Source of the DNA: Adineta vaga
Lineage: Eukaryota; Animalia; Rotifera
NCBI GenBank assembly: GCA_021613535.1
Contig: CP075496.1
Span: 4,278,001 to 4,342,000 of the forward strand
Direction: 5' to 3'
DNA: 64,000 nt
Shown here: positions 27,271 to 38,920 of the stretch, piece by piece
Layout of the letters: every line of letters begins with the position of its first letter
Position numbering within the stretch: position 1 is the stretch's first letter
The notes under the pieces: generated by a model
Seen by the model: the letters and a program-made list of their open reading frames with translations, nothing else
Told to the model about the DNA's origin: nothing
Database searches by the model: none
Made by a program: the position numbers and the translations under genes

Positions 27271-29171
27271 TCACACATATACTCTCATGAAGGCATTTAT
27301 AGTATTTCGACAGATTGGGCATGTACGTAAAGAATGGCCACAAGGTATACAGGTAGCCAAATGACCACATGGTAAACATGATAAACATCTTTCTTCTTCC
27401 AAACATAAAACACAGTGATTTGTCGACGACCACATATTTTGGCCATTTTGCTCACAACCATCTGCCATTTTTTTCTTGTGTATAGATTGATTTTCTTCTA
27501 CTACTTGTGATGAATCCAAAGAAGTTATTATGGATTTTGTCGACTTATCTGTATCATTTTCATTTGACAAATCGGATGATGCTGATATTGAAGTAGACGT
27601 TATGTGTATACGTTGATGGATTTCTAAAAGTTTATTCGTATAAAGATTCATGCTTTTTCTTCTGATTCTGTGATAAATTACCGGTTTGTTCGACTTCTCG
27701 TATTGTTTTCATTGCTGTCTCTGCTATTACGACATTTTCTTTCTTTCCACCAATACAATCGATTTGTTTTCGAAGAATTACACACGCAATGAACAGATCG
27801 CAATCACTCACAAAATCATCCCCTATTGAAAGAAGAATGCTAACTTACGACTTTATTCCTGATTAATCTGTAACTTTTTTAATCATACGTTTTATTCGTA
27901 ATTGATCTTTCCAGCATCGTCTGACGATAGTCGGTTTGAAACCACCTTTAACTAAACAAACTGATATGGGAAGATCAAATCTACCAGCTACAAGGCGTGA
28001 GAGTGTGTTTTCATCTGGTATCTGCAAACGAGCACGCCTTGATCTATCATTTTTATTCATATAATGTTCATTTAATAAGTTTGAACTCTTTCTTCCTAAA
28101 TTAATGATATTGATATTGCATTCGATTATTAATCTGATCTCTAGTTAAACAAACCTTGTTGTTTAGCTCGTTTTAATTGTTGAACTTTCTCATACATCTC
28201 ACTACCACAAAGTTGCTTGGCATATGCACATTGAGGAAACCAATAAACGTGTTCAATTAATGGTTTATCATTTGCACTCCAATTTTGCAATGATCCATTA
28301 CAGTAAAAGCATGTCACAATGGTTTTAGTGCCAGTATAAAAGAAACCACTCTTCACCAAATCATCTACTGATGGTAAATTTTCGTATGGCCACGTTAAGA
28401 AAGATGAATATCGTTGAGGTATTTCCATATACAATGGATTGATCGCTGTTAAATGCACAATTGCATCACATCGATATAAATAGTTGTTCTCACTCAATAA
28501 TGATTGACTGGCAGTTGAGTGATTATTAAGAATTAAAAGAGATGATATTGATGAACTATTCAACATTGCACGAACATACGGACAATTCGGTGACAGCATT
28601 TTATGTAATTGAAACGGATCATCAGTGAATAAACTCCATTCTTGACAGATAATATTGCAATAGATACATATTACACGATCTTCAACATTACATGAGAAAA
28701 AGCCTGCTTGAATCATTTGTGAAAACGAAGGAGATGATGTCGATGAATGTGGCCAATGAGAGAATGTTCGTTTTCGTACTTGTTTGACAATGTCTGTTTC
28801 CACAAATGGAGTTATATCTGTGCAGTGTGATTTTAGTGATGTCATGCGAAGTAGATGGGTGACATCATCTTTGATGTCTATAGGTGTAGGTAACATCGAT
28901 AGAACAAAGGGACATGTTGGACTTTGTTTGGAATGAATAGCAAATGGTTTCATGTCTGATGGCCAATTCGAAATCTCAAGATGACATACATCGCAACGAA
29001 CTATATCAGTTGCATCGATGTATTTGAATCCAGCGGATTCTATTTCAATAACAGAATGTGTACCATGTGCCGTTTTAAGTATCGACATCGTTGTAAGATG
29101 TGTACATATTTGTTAGAATATTTCTGTAATTTCGACATGTAGTGAGGTTTTCTTTCTGATGATGACAACAT
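27271..29171 (-). CDS. Inhibitor of apoptosis IAP-A: 3 BIR + UBA-like + C-terminal RING; 4 exons; upstream ATG 29171 is out of frame (in-frame ATG at 29088)
   Basis: Three BIRs with C-x2-C..H..C ligands (CDVC..H..CPF; CIYC..H..CPY; CFYC..EH..C), RKRTFSHWP and AGFF motifs; RING CVLCLEEERCLSCLPCGHLATCIPCGHSLRTCPICR; introns phase-consistent. Confidence 0.92.
28498..28967 (-). repeat. 470-bp segment duplicated in inverted orientation at 39977-40446
   Basis: Ungapped manual alignment with the reverse complement of 39977-40446; 12 mismatches counted by eye (~97%). Confidence 0.95.
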
Positions 29172-29866
29172 GGCACATGAATATCTTTCTGATGCAATGA
29201 GCTTTTAGGATTGAGACTATGTTAGATATGTACTTTCATTTTACAATATTCATAAACAAATGACAACTGTATTAGTATGATCTAAAATTTTAGCAATCTA
29301 CAAGAGAAGTATTACATATTATCCTTAGTTTCTGTCGATTCTAAGAATTTTTAAAAATATGGGTGATTTTTCATCCAAATCCACACCCACTCTCAAGTTT
29401 ACTTATCGATATCTTCCTACATTTCTAATAGCATTAATATTGATTAAGTCTTTCTATAGGCTTACCCGCTCTTCGCCAATTACCGAGATTCTATGAGGTG
29501 CGTCGGGACAAAAGTCTTATTGGTGTGAAGCGGGAATTCTGACAACTACCCAACTCGTCATACGCGCATTTTTTTAGTCGAAGATAATTCTGCATTAAAA
29601 CAATGATATCTACCTGGACTGCCGCTTAGCCTACGGTAGCACTGCCAATAAAATCACTACAGTCATCCATATTTGGATCAGAATGGGACTAGGGCACTGA
29701 TGTTTGACACTTCTTATATATCTGAATATGATTCTCCTTCGAAAATTTGAGGTTCAACCTCAATATAACGTCTGTCTAGGGTTCGCTTGCAACTTGTCGG
29801 CTAGCACGAAGAATGTTTTTATGACTAATGTTTTTATACGCAATATTTGCATTTAATTGCAAAGTT

Positions 29867-29879
29867 GGAAAAAACCAAG
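29867..29879 (+). promoter_or_regulatory. GGAAAAAACCAAG, Rel/Dorsal-like motif upstream of IAP-A
   Basis: Identical 13-mer at 35820-35832 and, reverse-complemented, at 38843-38855. Confidence 0.55.
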
Positions 29880-30679
29880 TAACAAAAACAACAACAACAT
29901 GCACTTTACACTATTGAAAGAAGAGAGAAACAAGGCGCAATTTAATATGTTTTTCGTTGATAAATATGTCAATTATAGATTTTAGAAATATGATCGAGGA
30001 AGTATACGTCGAAAGGAAGTGGTATCGAAAAGCTATTAATATTAACGATAATAAAATTGATAAATGTCGAACATATACATATATGAGTAAATGAAAAACG
30101 ACGATTATTTTAGTCAGATATCCCGTACAGTGAATTTCTGCTGCTTGATTATTGAAAATTAGATATAGAGATGTGGCTATTATTCAACACTTAACATGTC
30201 TGTATGCTTTATTTCATAAATTGATCATTTCTAAACGTTTCTTTTCTTCCAATTTTATTAACAAAAAGCAATAGGAAAAGCATTTCGACAAATCAGACAT
30301 CAGTTTTGCACATTTACTTCTTTCGACTTATTCACTTCATTGATTGTTATACGGGAGAATATCAGAAAAAAATAGTTCTTCATATTGTACTATGTTACTG
30401 GTTGAGATCGGTCTATTTATTTTTTGCTAGACGATCTAAAATTCGTATTCCAGTCTTTGAACATACTCAATAGATCTGAGAGAATAGGAATGTGCTGGTT
30501 TTCATTCAAATGAAAATAAAACTCAAGCGTTGAAGTGCATAAAGATATCTACATTGAAACTTTTATATGAACATTATTTCCTTAGCCAAAACTCCCAGTT
30601 GTTTCAAAGTGATGCACTGAAGCCTCTGACACCAATGAAGATGCTACCAATTTGGTAGGTATTCTTCTCACCATTGAAC

Positions 30680-31090
30680 GTATCAATCCACAGATTTTGA
30701 ATGCTTATCACCATTATGATAATTCATTCATATTCTCAAATCGAACTCTGTATTGCCAATTATTTTCAGGCACTTCAATTATGAGCATAAATTGAAGTTA
30801 TTCCACAGCTCCTGCCGGTACATCTCTGCCAATTCTATCTATTATTACTTTGCTTCAGCGATGATCAAATATCAGCAACTAACCAAGAAAATGATCGCCC
30901 ATATTTAGATACCTTAGCCATCTGCCACTTGCAATTCTTCTCTCATGTACGTCAGTGAGTTTCTTAAATATTGTGAATCGATTATGTTTTCATTTGGCCA
31001 TTTTTAATACATTGTTTGTAACATATATTCCGAAAGTTGTAATCGTTCTCTTTATTTCTAACTGGAAATTGCTGAAGTTTTGAATTTTGC
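30680..31090 (-). mobile_element. Heavily decayed Ty3/Gypsy pol (pre-integrase/integrase) relic
   Basis: Broken reading frames give, in the expected order, KLQQF, WPNET, YMREELQVADG (30917-30949; cf. RDELSVQDG), IEVPENNWQ (30753-30779; cf. HEVPxxPWQ) and a VDxxSK-like segment; many stops and indels. Confidence 0.5.
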
Positions 31091-31312
31091 ATAATTGACA
31101 TCTCTATTATAGCTTGAAATTGGAAAATCACCATAGGCTATCGAATGCTGCCATTGCTACATGCTTCTGGATTGCCCTCCAAATTCGGAACTCCATCATA
31201 GACTATCATAATAAAGTCATTTATTTTATATCCACTCTTATTTTCATAGTAAGTATTTCTGTGACCTAGCTTCTTTGACCTGTTAACAATGGTTATCGAC
31301 ACATAACAATAT

Positions 31313-31338
31313 ACGTATATATATATATATATATATAT
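31313..31338. repeat. (TA)n microsatellite
   Basis: Run of ~12 TA units; similar runs near 36083, 45063 and 58156. Confidence 0.8.
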
Positions 31339-32518
31339 AAATGCGTTATCGCAATTTAAAATGAATTCAAAATTATGCGAATGTATGCAAATAATTTGTG
31401 CATTCCAAATATAAACGGTACTTGTATACTATCATAGCTCATAAATATTGGGAGACAAGTTCTCCGTAGTTAATTAATTTAATGAAATGGTTTCATGACG
31501 TATCACGTACATAAACCATATGCCATATACTCAATGTTGTTTCATTGAATGACAGTTTGCATTGTTAATCATTCAGTAATGTCAATTACATTAATCTATT
31601 GATCATTTGATTGTTCGAGAAAAAAGCTAACAATAATCTTGCATTATTCAATTACTATTATTATTTGTTTCTGCGAACGATCCGAAAAGCAGATTAGTCA
31701 CAAAGGAATCTATGTATTCCATACAGTCTAAATAAAATATTGCAACTCTCTGGTCTTGACTAACATGATTGCTGCTCTTTTTAACAAACTGATATACAAT
31801 GAAAGAATCTGCACATTTGATACGATTGTCTTGCTAATTGATGGTATTATATTTGTATTCATTGTGAAAATCACAAAATAATAGTTTCTGGTTTTTGAAT
31901 CATTTATTTGATTAAAAGTGAAGTAAAGATTAACCATATCTAATTTACTTGAACAAACTACTAGTAGTTGTTGTATAGAATATAATATAATACATTTTAA
32001 AAAAACGATGTGAAAATAACTTTTGTCGTCTATGTTTGTACTCCTACCAATTTGCATTATTATCCTATGCATCTGATGATTGTATAATTTGATAAAGTCA
32101 GTGGGATGAACTCCCGCTGCATATAACACCTGACTGTGAGAAACACATTCATTTTATCCCCTGAACATAATTCCATCCTGCTCAGATCTGACAACAACAT
32201 TGAGAATAATAAATAACTAGTAAACAAGATCATGTACATATTATTGTAAAATATTGCCACCACAGTACTTTCAACCAAACCAGCTCATTCTTTTTTAATC
32301 CATATTTGCACTGAGATTTCGGATTGTACGTTCCCAATGTACTTTTAGCCATCATACCCGCATCGAAGTCTTAGAGAACCGGTTATCAATGCCTCCAAAC
32401 CATCATCAAGTCTTGCCATTCGTGAATAGAAGAATATTGACAGTGAGATTTCACTGTTCAATATTTCAACTGCAAAAATGATCTCCACATACTCTCATGA
32501 TGGTTTTGGTTTTGTCAC

Positions 32519-34621
32519 TTAGACAAAGATTCTAACGAAAGCTTCAATCTCTCGTCGGCAGATTGGACAACATCGCAGCGAATGGCCACATGGTACGCAC
32601 GTGACAAAATGCCCGCATGGCATGCAGGCGAGGCGCTTTTCTTCGGTCATGCATAGAACACATGCATTCGCTGTGATATATCCTCTTTTTCCTTTTGTTG
32701 ATTGGTATCGGAAGTAACTGATTTGGGTACATTTGTTTCGTCTTGTTTACTAGTTATGTTTGCTTGTGGTGTTGCATTTTTCGTAGTTGTTTGCTCGGGT
32801 GTTCTCATTTCAACATTTGTATCATCAGATGCAATTGGTCCAATGGATGGAGCAGGGACAGGAACCACTGGATTCATAGCAAGCTGTTCGCGAGCCTTTG
32901 CATCTAGAGTAAAATTACAAATTTATTTTTATCAAGTTTCATTTCAATCAATTGTTAGTCATACCTGCACGTTCCTTTTCTGCCTCTTCTCGGAGTTTTC
33001 TCATTTTAATACAAGGTACAACAATATTTTCCTTTTTGCCATCAATACATGATATCTGCTTTTGAAGAATTGTACAGGCCATACGCAAATCAGAATCGCT
33101 CACAAAATCATCATCTGAACAGAACAATAAATTTATCACATATTTAAATAAAACTATATGATTATATCAGTCTATCACATACGTTTTAAGCGAAGTTGAT
33201 CTTCCCAACAACGCTTAATGATTGATAGTTTAAATTCTCCTAATAATGTTTGCGAAATTGGTAGATCCAGACGAGCAGCAACAAGACGCGAAAGAGTACT
33301 TTCATCTGGTATAAGAAGTAATCGACTATTTGAAGCCGAATTACTACTTGTTGTATTCATTGGACCTGCTCTATCTCTTGTTTCATTGGCTTTAGCACGT
33401 TCTAAACAATCAAAAATTCGCATTATTATTAGCAAAAGAACTTTTCCGTTTTCTTTTTCATAATCCACATACCTTGTTGAGCTCGTTTTGATTCTTGGAT
33501 TTTTCGATAGAGTTCGTCACCACACAATTGTCTAGCATAGGCACAATGTGGGAACCAGCGAGCATGTTCTATTGTTGGATTATCATTGGGTCCCCAGTTT
33601 TGTAGGGAACCGTTACAGTAGAAACAAGTAACAACAGTTTTGATACCTGTAAAAAAGAATCCTGCTCGTACAAGATCGTCCACCGAAGGTAAATTGTCAG
33701 TTGGCCATGTAACAAATGATGCAGCTCGTTTAGGTAATTCTGCAAATGCAGCATTGCATGCGGCAGTGTGAACAAATTCATTGCAACGAAATTGATCAGC
33801 ACTAGTAGATGTCGCCGATCCATTGGCTGAGGCAGTTACTGTTCCGTTTTCATTGACAATCAGTAATGGTCCTTCATCACGTCGCAATAATTTTGTTTTA
33901 ACATATACGCAATTGGGAGACAGAGTTTTATGCACTTCCGTAGGATTATCTGTTTCTGGTGTCCATTGTTGACAAATAAGATTACAATAAATGCATATTA
34001 CGCGATCTCCCACATTGCAATTGAAGAATCCTGCTTCAACCATTTGTGCTTGAGATGGAATATGTTTATGTGGCCAGTGTGAAAATGTTCGTTTGCGTAT
34101 TTGTTGAAGTGCCGTCGCTTCGAATAGATTGTTTAAAGGAAACTTTGCGTCATTAGCTTCGATTTTTCGACGCTTCGGTGGACTTTCATTATTATCTAAT
34201 GTCGGCATGTCTTTACCAATACCTAAAGATTGCCCTGAAGAAGTTGGAGAATGAGAACTAGTTGTTAATTGCGTTGAGGACTTGACTTTGCAAATAAATG
34301 GACAGTTTGGCCTGTCAGTTGTATGTATTGTAAGTAGATCTCTATCTGTTTTCCAGTTGGTTATTTCGTACTGACACTCAGCACAACGGATTGTGGTATC
34401 ATCATTTGTACGAATAAATCCCGCATTTCTTAAAGCGTTGTCTGATTCAGCAGTAATTCGTTGTTGAATTATTGCATTTATTTTTGTCTGATTGTCAACA
34501 TGCTATCTCTCGGTTTCTTTTTAGATGAATGATCGTCTGTTATTGAATGATATATTTGTTCTAGGGAGTTTTTGCCGTTAATTAGTGAATCAAATGTAGT
34601 ATTTGCCATGATTGATGTCAT
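32519..34621 (-). CDS. Inhibitor of apoptosis IAP-B: 3 BIR + UBA-like + RING; two apparent frameshifts in this sequence (~34481 and ~32690)
   Basis: BIR1 NAGFIRTNDDTTIRCAEC..W..IHTTDRPNCPF lies upstream of ORF 34208; BIR2 and BIR3 are in ORF 33429-34208; RING CVLCMTEEKRLACMPCGHFVTCVPCGHSLRCCPICRREIEAFVRIFV* ends at 32519. Same intron positions as IAP-A. Confidence 0.88.
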
Positions 34622-34754
34622 TAGTTTAGCGGATGAAATCTAAAACATAAGACGGCCAAATTAACAAGATGAATAAATTGATTATAATATCACCAAGGTA
34701 AAATTGAAAAAGTGACACCATTATGATAATATGTATAAAGAAATCTTCTATATA

Positions 34755-35117
34755 CAGTAAAACCTCTACTAGTGAACACCTCTTTATTCTGAACATGAAC
34801 ACCTTTTCTCAGTCCCTTTAGCTACTATAACCTCTCTAATGTGAACAGATATTCATTTTTCTGCTTATCTCTTACACATACATTTTGAATGTCTGACCTA
34901 TTTTTTCTGACTAAAACGTTTGTTCTGAATAAGAGGCATCAGTCTCATTTCTCATTATTGTTCATTATCTAATCAGACGAAGTTGTCTCTCGACTTTTTT
35001 CTCATTCATCTAATTATCTCTCAGCAGAACATACACCACCTCTATATAGTGAACACCTACCTACAGTGAACACTTTTGAACAGTTCCAATGGTGTTCACA
35101 TTAGAGAGGTTTTACTG
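34755..35117. mobile_element. Non-autonomous Tc1/mariner (pogo/Tigger-type) MITE, 363 bp, TA target-site duplication
   Basis: Left end TA|CAGTAAAACCTCTACTAGTGAACACC; right end GGTGTTCACATTAGAGAGGTTTTACTG|TA (~26-bp imperfect TIR, first 13 bp perfect). Internal reiterations of CCTCT-N-GTGAACA near 34831, 35039 and 35056; no ORF. Confidence 0.9.
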
Positions 35118-35819
35118 TATATATATTTCGACTTATTATGGTAGACCGATGGATGAAAAGTGATATTTGAGAATTTGCGAGTACAAATGAAATTCAAATG
35201 CGATCTCTTGAAGTGTGCAATATTTGTCATTTATAATGCTACTATACCGTTTCTATCTCTCAAATAGACGCGATCTTAAGGTGGCGAATATAGAAATACA
35301 AATGTTACTTCAAACTGTAATTCAGTTCTATCAGAAATAAGCCAACTCTGTACAATACTATATGGTGTGTACCATCCAGGACTACTAACTAAGGTGTGAG
35401 CCGAAACGCTTACCGATTCTTCTTTGTTTTGTACTTGTAAATACCGGGGCACACACACTTTTCAAAGCACGTTTTTATACGGATCTATCGGGGGACCTTG
35501 ACTGTGAGCTATTCTAGTGCAATTACCTCTTCTGTCAGCATATATTTCACTGAAAGTTTGTAATGTATAAAAAGTGTATGGGTTTTTCCTGTCAAAATAA
35601 AAACAAACCGTCCTTACTTATCATCGTATTTTACAATTATGTGTTGTATAAAAGGAACGTATATATAGTAGACACATACATGAAAATTCCAACGAAAGAA
35701 GGAAATACCCGAGAAGCAATACTCACCCCATATACAATAAGGCCTTAAATTATAGTGTGTACAAAAGAAATTTATTCAAGTTGGCTTTTTCCGTTCTATA
35801 TATACAAAACTTATGATGG

Positions 35820-35832
35820 GGAAAAAACCAAG
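35820..35832 (+). promoter_or_regulatory. GGAAAAAACCAAG, Rel/Dorsal-like motif upstream of IAP-B
   Basis: Second copy of the 13-mer; an inverted variant TTGGCTTTTTCC lies at 35781-35792. Confidence 0.55.
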
Positions 35833-38800
35833 TTGCAATCGTCATTTTGCCTACTTTATACGACGGTGCACCAGTGGAGAGGAAGAAAAAAAAATTCTAT
35901 GAGTAAGAACGAACAAAAAATAAAGCACACATAGCATACAAAAAGGGCGACATCGTCATGCCGCAACGAACTGAAGAGGAGACATACTGTTAATATACTA
36001 TCTTTAAAAGAATCTATAAAATTCGAATATTTTTGAGGAAATAGCCATTCGAAAACATTGGCATATTTTTATATGCTAATGAATATATATATATATATAT
36101 ATATGACCGTGCTCTAGTCTTGTGATCTATATATCATGTGGAATAAGTCGAAAATTGTTAAGTCAAGAAATATACCTAGATGAATAAAAATGTATTGGTT
36201 GAAATCGAAATATTTATATGTGAGAGAAGGATGTATTTCGATGCATCAACATCCATAATATAAAATTTCAATTCCGATGAATGTATGTAATTTTTTCAGA
36301 CATATTCTTATATGTAAATTCAAATCATACACATAGATGACTTTCTATTACAATAATATCAAATTTGATAATCAAGCGTGATTAATAGAACTTTTATGAG
36401 TATAAAATTAAATCATGCACTATTATTATTAACTGAAATAATATACGATATTGTATCACCACCTAGTATTAGTCAATACCATGTTTCTGTGTACGTATTT
36501 AGTTCAATAAATTCGAAGGAAGTGACTCCTATTCTTATCAAAATTTCAAAGTCAGAGGTACACATTAAATTATAAAATTAGCAATAAAATGTTTTTATTT
36601 TATGACTAATCAAATATGATTGTTCCCTTTAGTTTTTTCCTCATCGAAAGTAAATAGCAAATAGAAGCAGTGTATGGATTCTTACCGAATGTTTATTTGA
36701 GACGAAAAAATTCACACGGAAACATATACTTTTAATGTTTTCGTTTAGAAAAAGGCGCGATTATTATATGCATCGTGGGAGCATGATATATGCATGTAAA
36801 AGTGCCCGATAATTTGTTTTTCTCCTTCTTCGCTCTGTAATCATATTTTTGATGTATGTGTTTTTTGAGTATTCAAATGAAAAACGCACATTCATGACAC
36901 GTCACCGACGCAACAACACAGAAAAAGTGCGAAGTATATGGTTTTTGCATATTCGTTTAAAGAAATTTTCACCACGCAAATAAAGGTGAAACATTTCCAA
37001 CTTAGTCAATGACGTTAGTTATATCCACATATTTGTGTATGCTTTTAAAGTAAAAACGAGATGTGAAAGAAGAAAATATTGCTTTTTTATTTCATACACA
37101 AAAACATTGTTGAAAAGAAAACAGAAATTTTCGATTTGATTGCACAGTAATTTAATTTTCAATTGTTTCGAGTGGTTTAGTGGTACTTAGCAAAAAAATG
37201 TGTGAATAACCATTTTAGTTGGTATTTTTTTTATACCAACCAATAGAAGACTCTCGGAGCGATAAAATTTCAAAGATTCATACCAAAATGTTTTAACATT
37301 TATTCTGATTCAATATAGCATACATTTCATGGGTGAAAAATATATCTCTTTCCCATGACTATCACAAACCTATGTGAACTTTTGCATAGTTTCTTATTCC
37401 ATAGATTGAGTAATGATAAAGGTGGGAATATTTCGCCGAATGAATCTATAGAGATACATATTTGGATTCACCGAAAAATCCTTCACATATGTTTTTCTTC
37501 ATTTTATTTTTCTCGAAAAGATATCGAATATTTATAAATTTCCATGAAAATACACGACATTCGTAGTGTTTAATAACAAGTATCATTTATTGAAAAAGAT
37601 ACTCCGCGAAACTTTCAAATCTATGTTGGAAGAATTGCTTGACTCACATCCTATGTAATAAACTTCTAATAATAGAGTAAAATGCAACCCGAGATGGATG
37701 AGCGTGATAGCAATAAAAAATTGAAGCAAACGAGGATGTTGGTTATTTCATAAAATTGCACAAATATATTTCTTGCTAGACAATTCAAAATTTAATCGAA
37801 TACCATTATTATTCTATTAATTTACTGACAAAAGTTGTTGTGAAAAATCGATAAACAATAAATGGAATAGTTTCTATTCTGAAGACGAACTTTGATGGTT
37901 CATAATATCTATCCCATTGGTTTTCATTTCTTCAATTTCTTTCGAAAGAAAACTTCTTAAATTTAATCTTTACCCTAGTTATATACGGACTATCTATAGA
38001 ATTGTATAATGCTTCGTATGGCTAACAATTATATTGGATTTCAAGAGTTTTATCACATCGAAAAATTGTGAAAGATATATGAGTTTAAATATAGATTAGA
38101 AAATCAATTCAGTGCATGATTTCGACAAAATAATTATTTATATTCGTAAATTACTCATTGACGTAAGATTACTAATCGTATAATATGACAGGATTAACTT
38201 CTTCTATCATCATCAGAAACTTTCGTATACAAAGTATTTTTACCATAAGAATGAGTAACATATACATGTAATCTTACTCATCAGAGTCACCTGGAATAAT
38301 GTTATTAATTTTCGGAAAATATTCATACTCGTCAGAGTTTATTAATATTAATCAATCAGTCTCCAGTATTTTTTCCTTCATTCAACAGTACAAATATCAA
38401 TTGCTGTCTTTTTAGTTATACCAGGTAAAAAACTAGTCGTTTAATTTGATTATAGAAGACATCATATTTCTGTTTTGTTCGTATTAAAAATCGAAGATGA
38501 AGCGACATAAATTTTGATACATTTTATTGAGAAGTAAAAACTCACTTGTAAATACTTCCTATTTATTTTTTGATCTAGTTTACATTGTAGTCTACACACG
38601 ATTTTTGACGAGGCTGTTAACGACGTATCTGTTATATGATCGATTATTTACTTTCGCCATCAAGAATCTATACATCAATAATTAAAACTTAATTTTATGA
38701 AATATATATATATAGGAAATTTTAAATAGACATATTTTAACGTCCAAATTTCATTCAAAATATTCCTATGTTACATGTTTTTTCTTGCGTTCTACGTTTT

Positions 38801-38842
38801 GTTGTTATGACAGAGTTGTTGATAATAAATACACTTAAATAG

Positions 38843-38920
38843 CTTGGTTTTTTCCCATGCATGTGTACATGGACAGCGGAATAAGGGATTCTTCCAATGA
38901 GTCACAGAATTTTCTCGAAT
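38843..38920 (+). promoter_or_regulatory. Stress-element cluster upstream of IAP-C: shared 13-mer, kappaB-like site, AP-1 site, heat-shock element
   Basis: CTTGGTTTTTTCC 38843-38855; GGGATTCTTCC 38885-38895; TGAGTCA 38898-38904; aGAAttTTCtcGAAt 38906-38920 (three perfect inverted nGAAn units). Confidence 0.55.

Noticed and set aside
35381-35415. Hammerhead-ribozyme-like string CTAACTAAGGTGTGAGCCGAAACGCTTA (Penelope-type layout)
   Set aside because: Two core G positions are mutated, stem III is imperfect and no stem I can form; at best a dead relic.
37170-37230. tRNA A-box-like TGGTTTAGTGGT
   Set aside because: No B-box and no cloverleaf.
38195-38290. CTGATGAG...GAAA on the minus strand, with an ATGAGTAA/TTACTCAT inverted repeat
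   Set aside because: No valid hammerhead stems I/III or cleavage triplet; short AT-rich inverted repeats are expected by chance.
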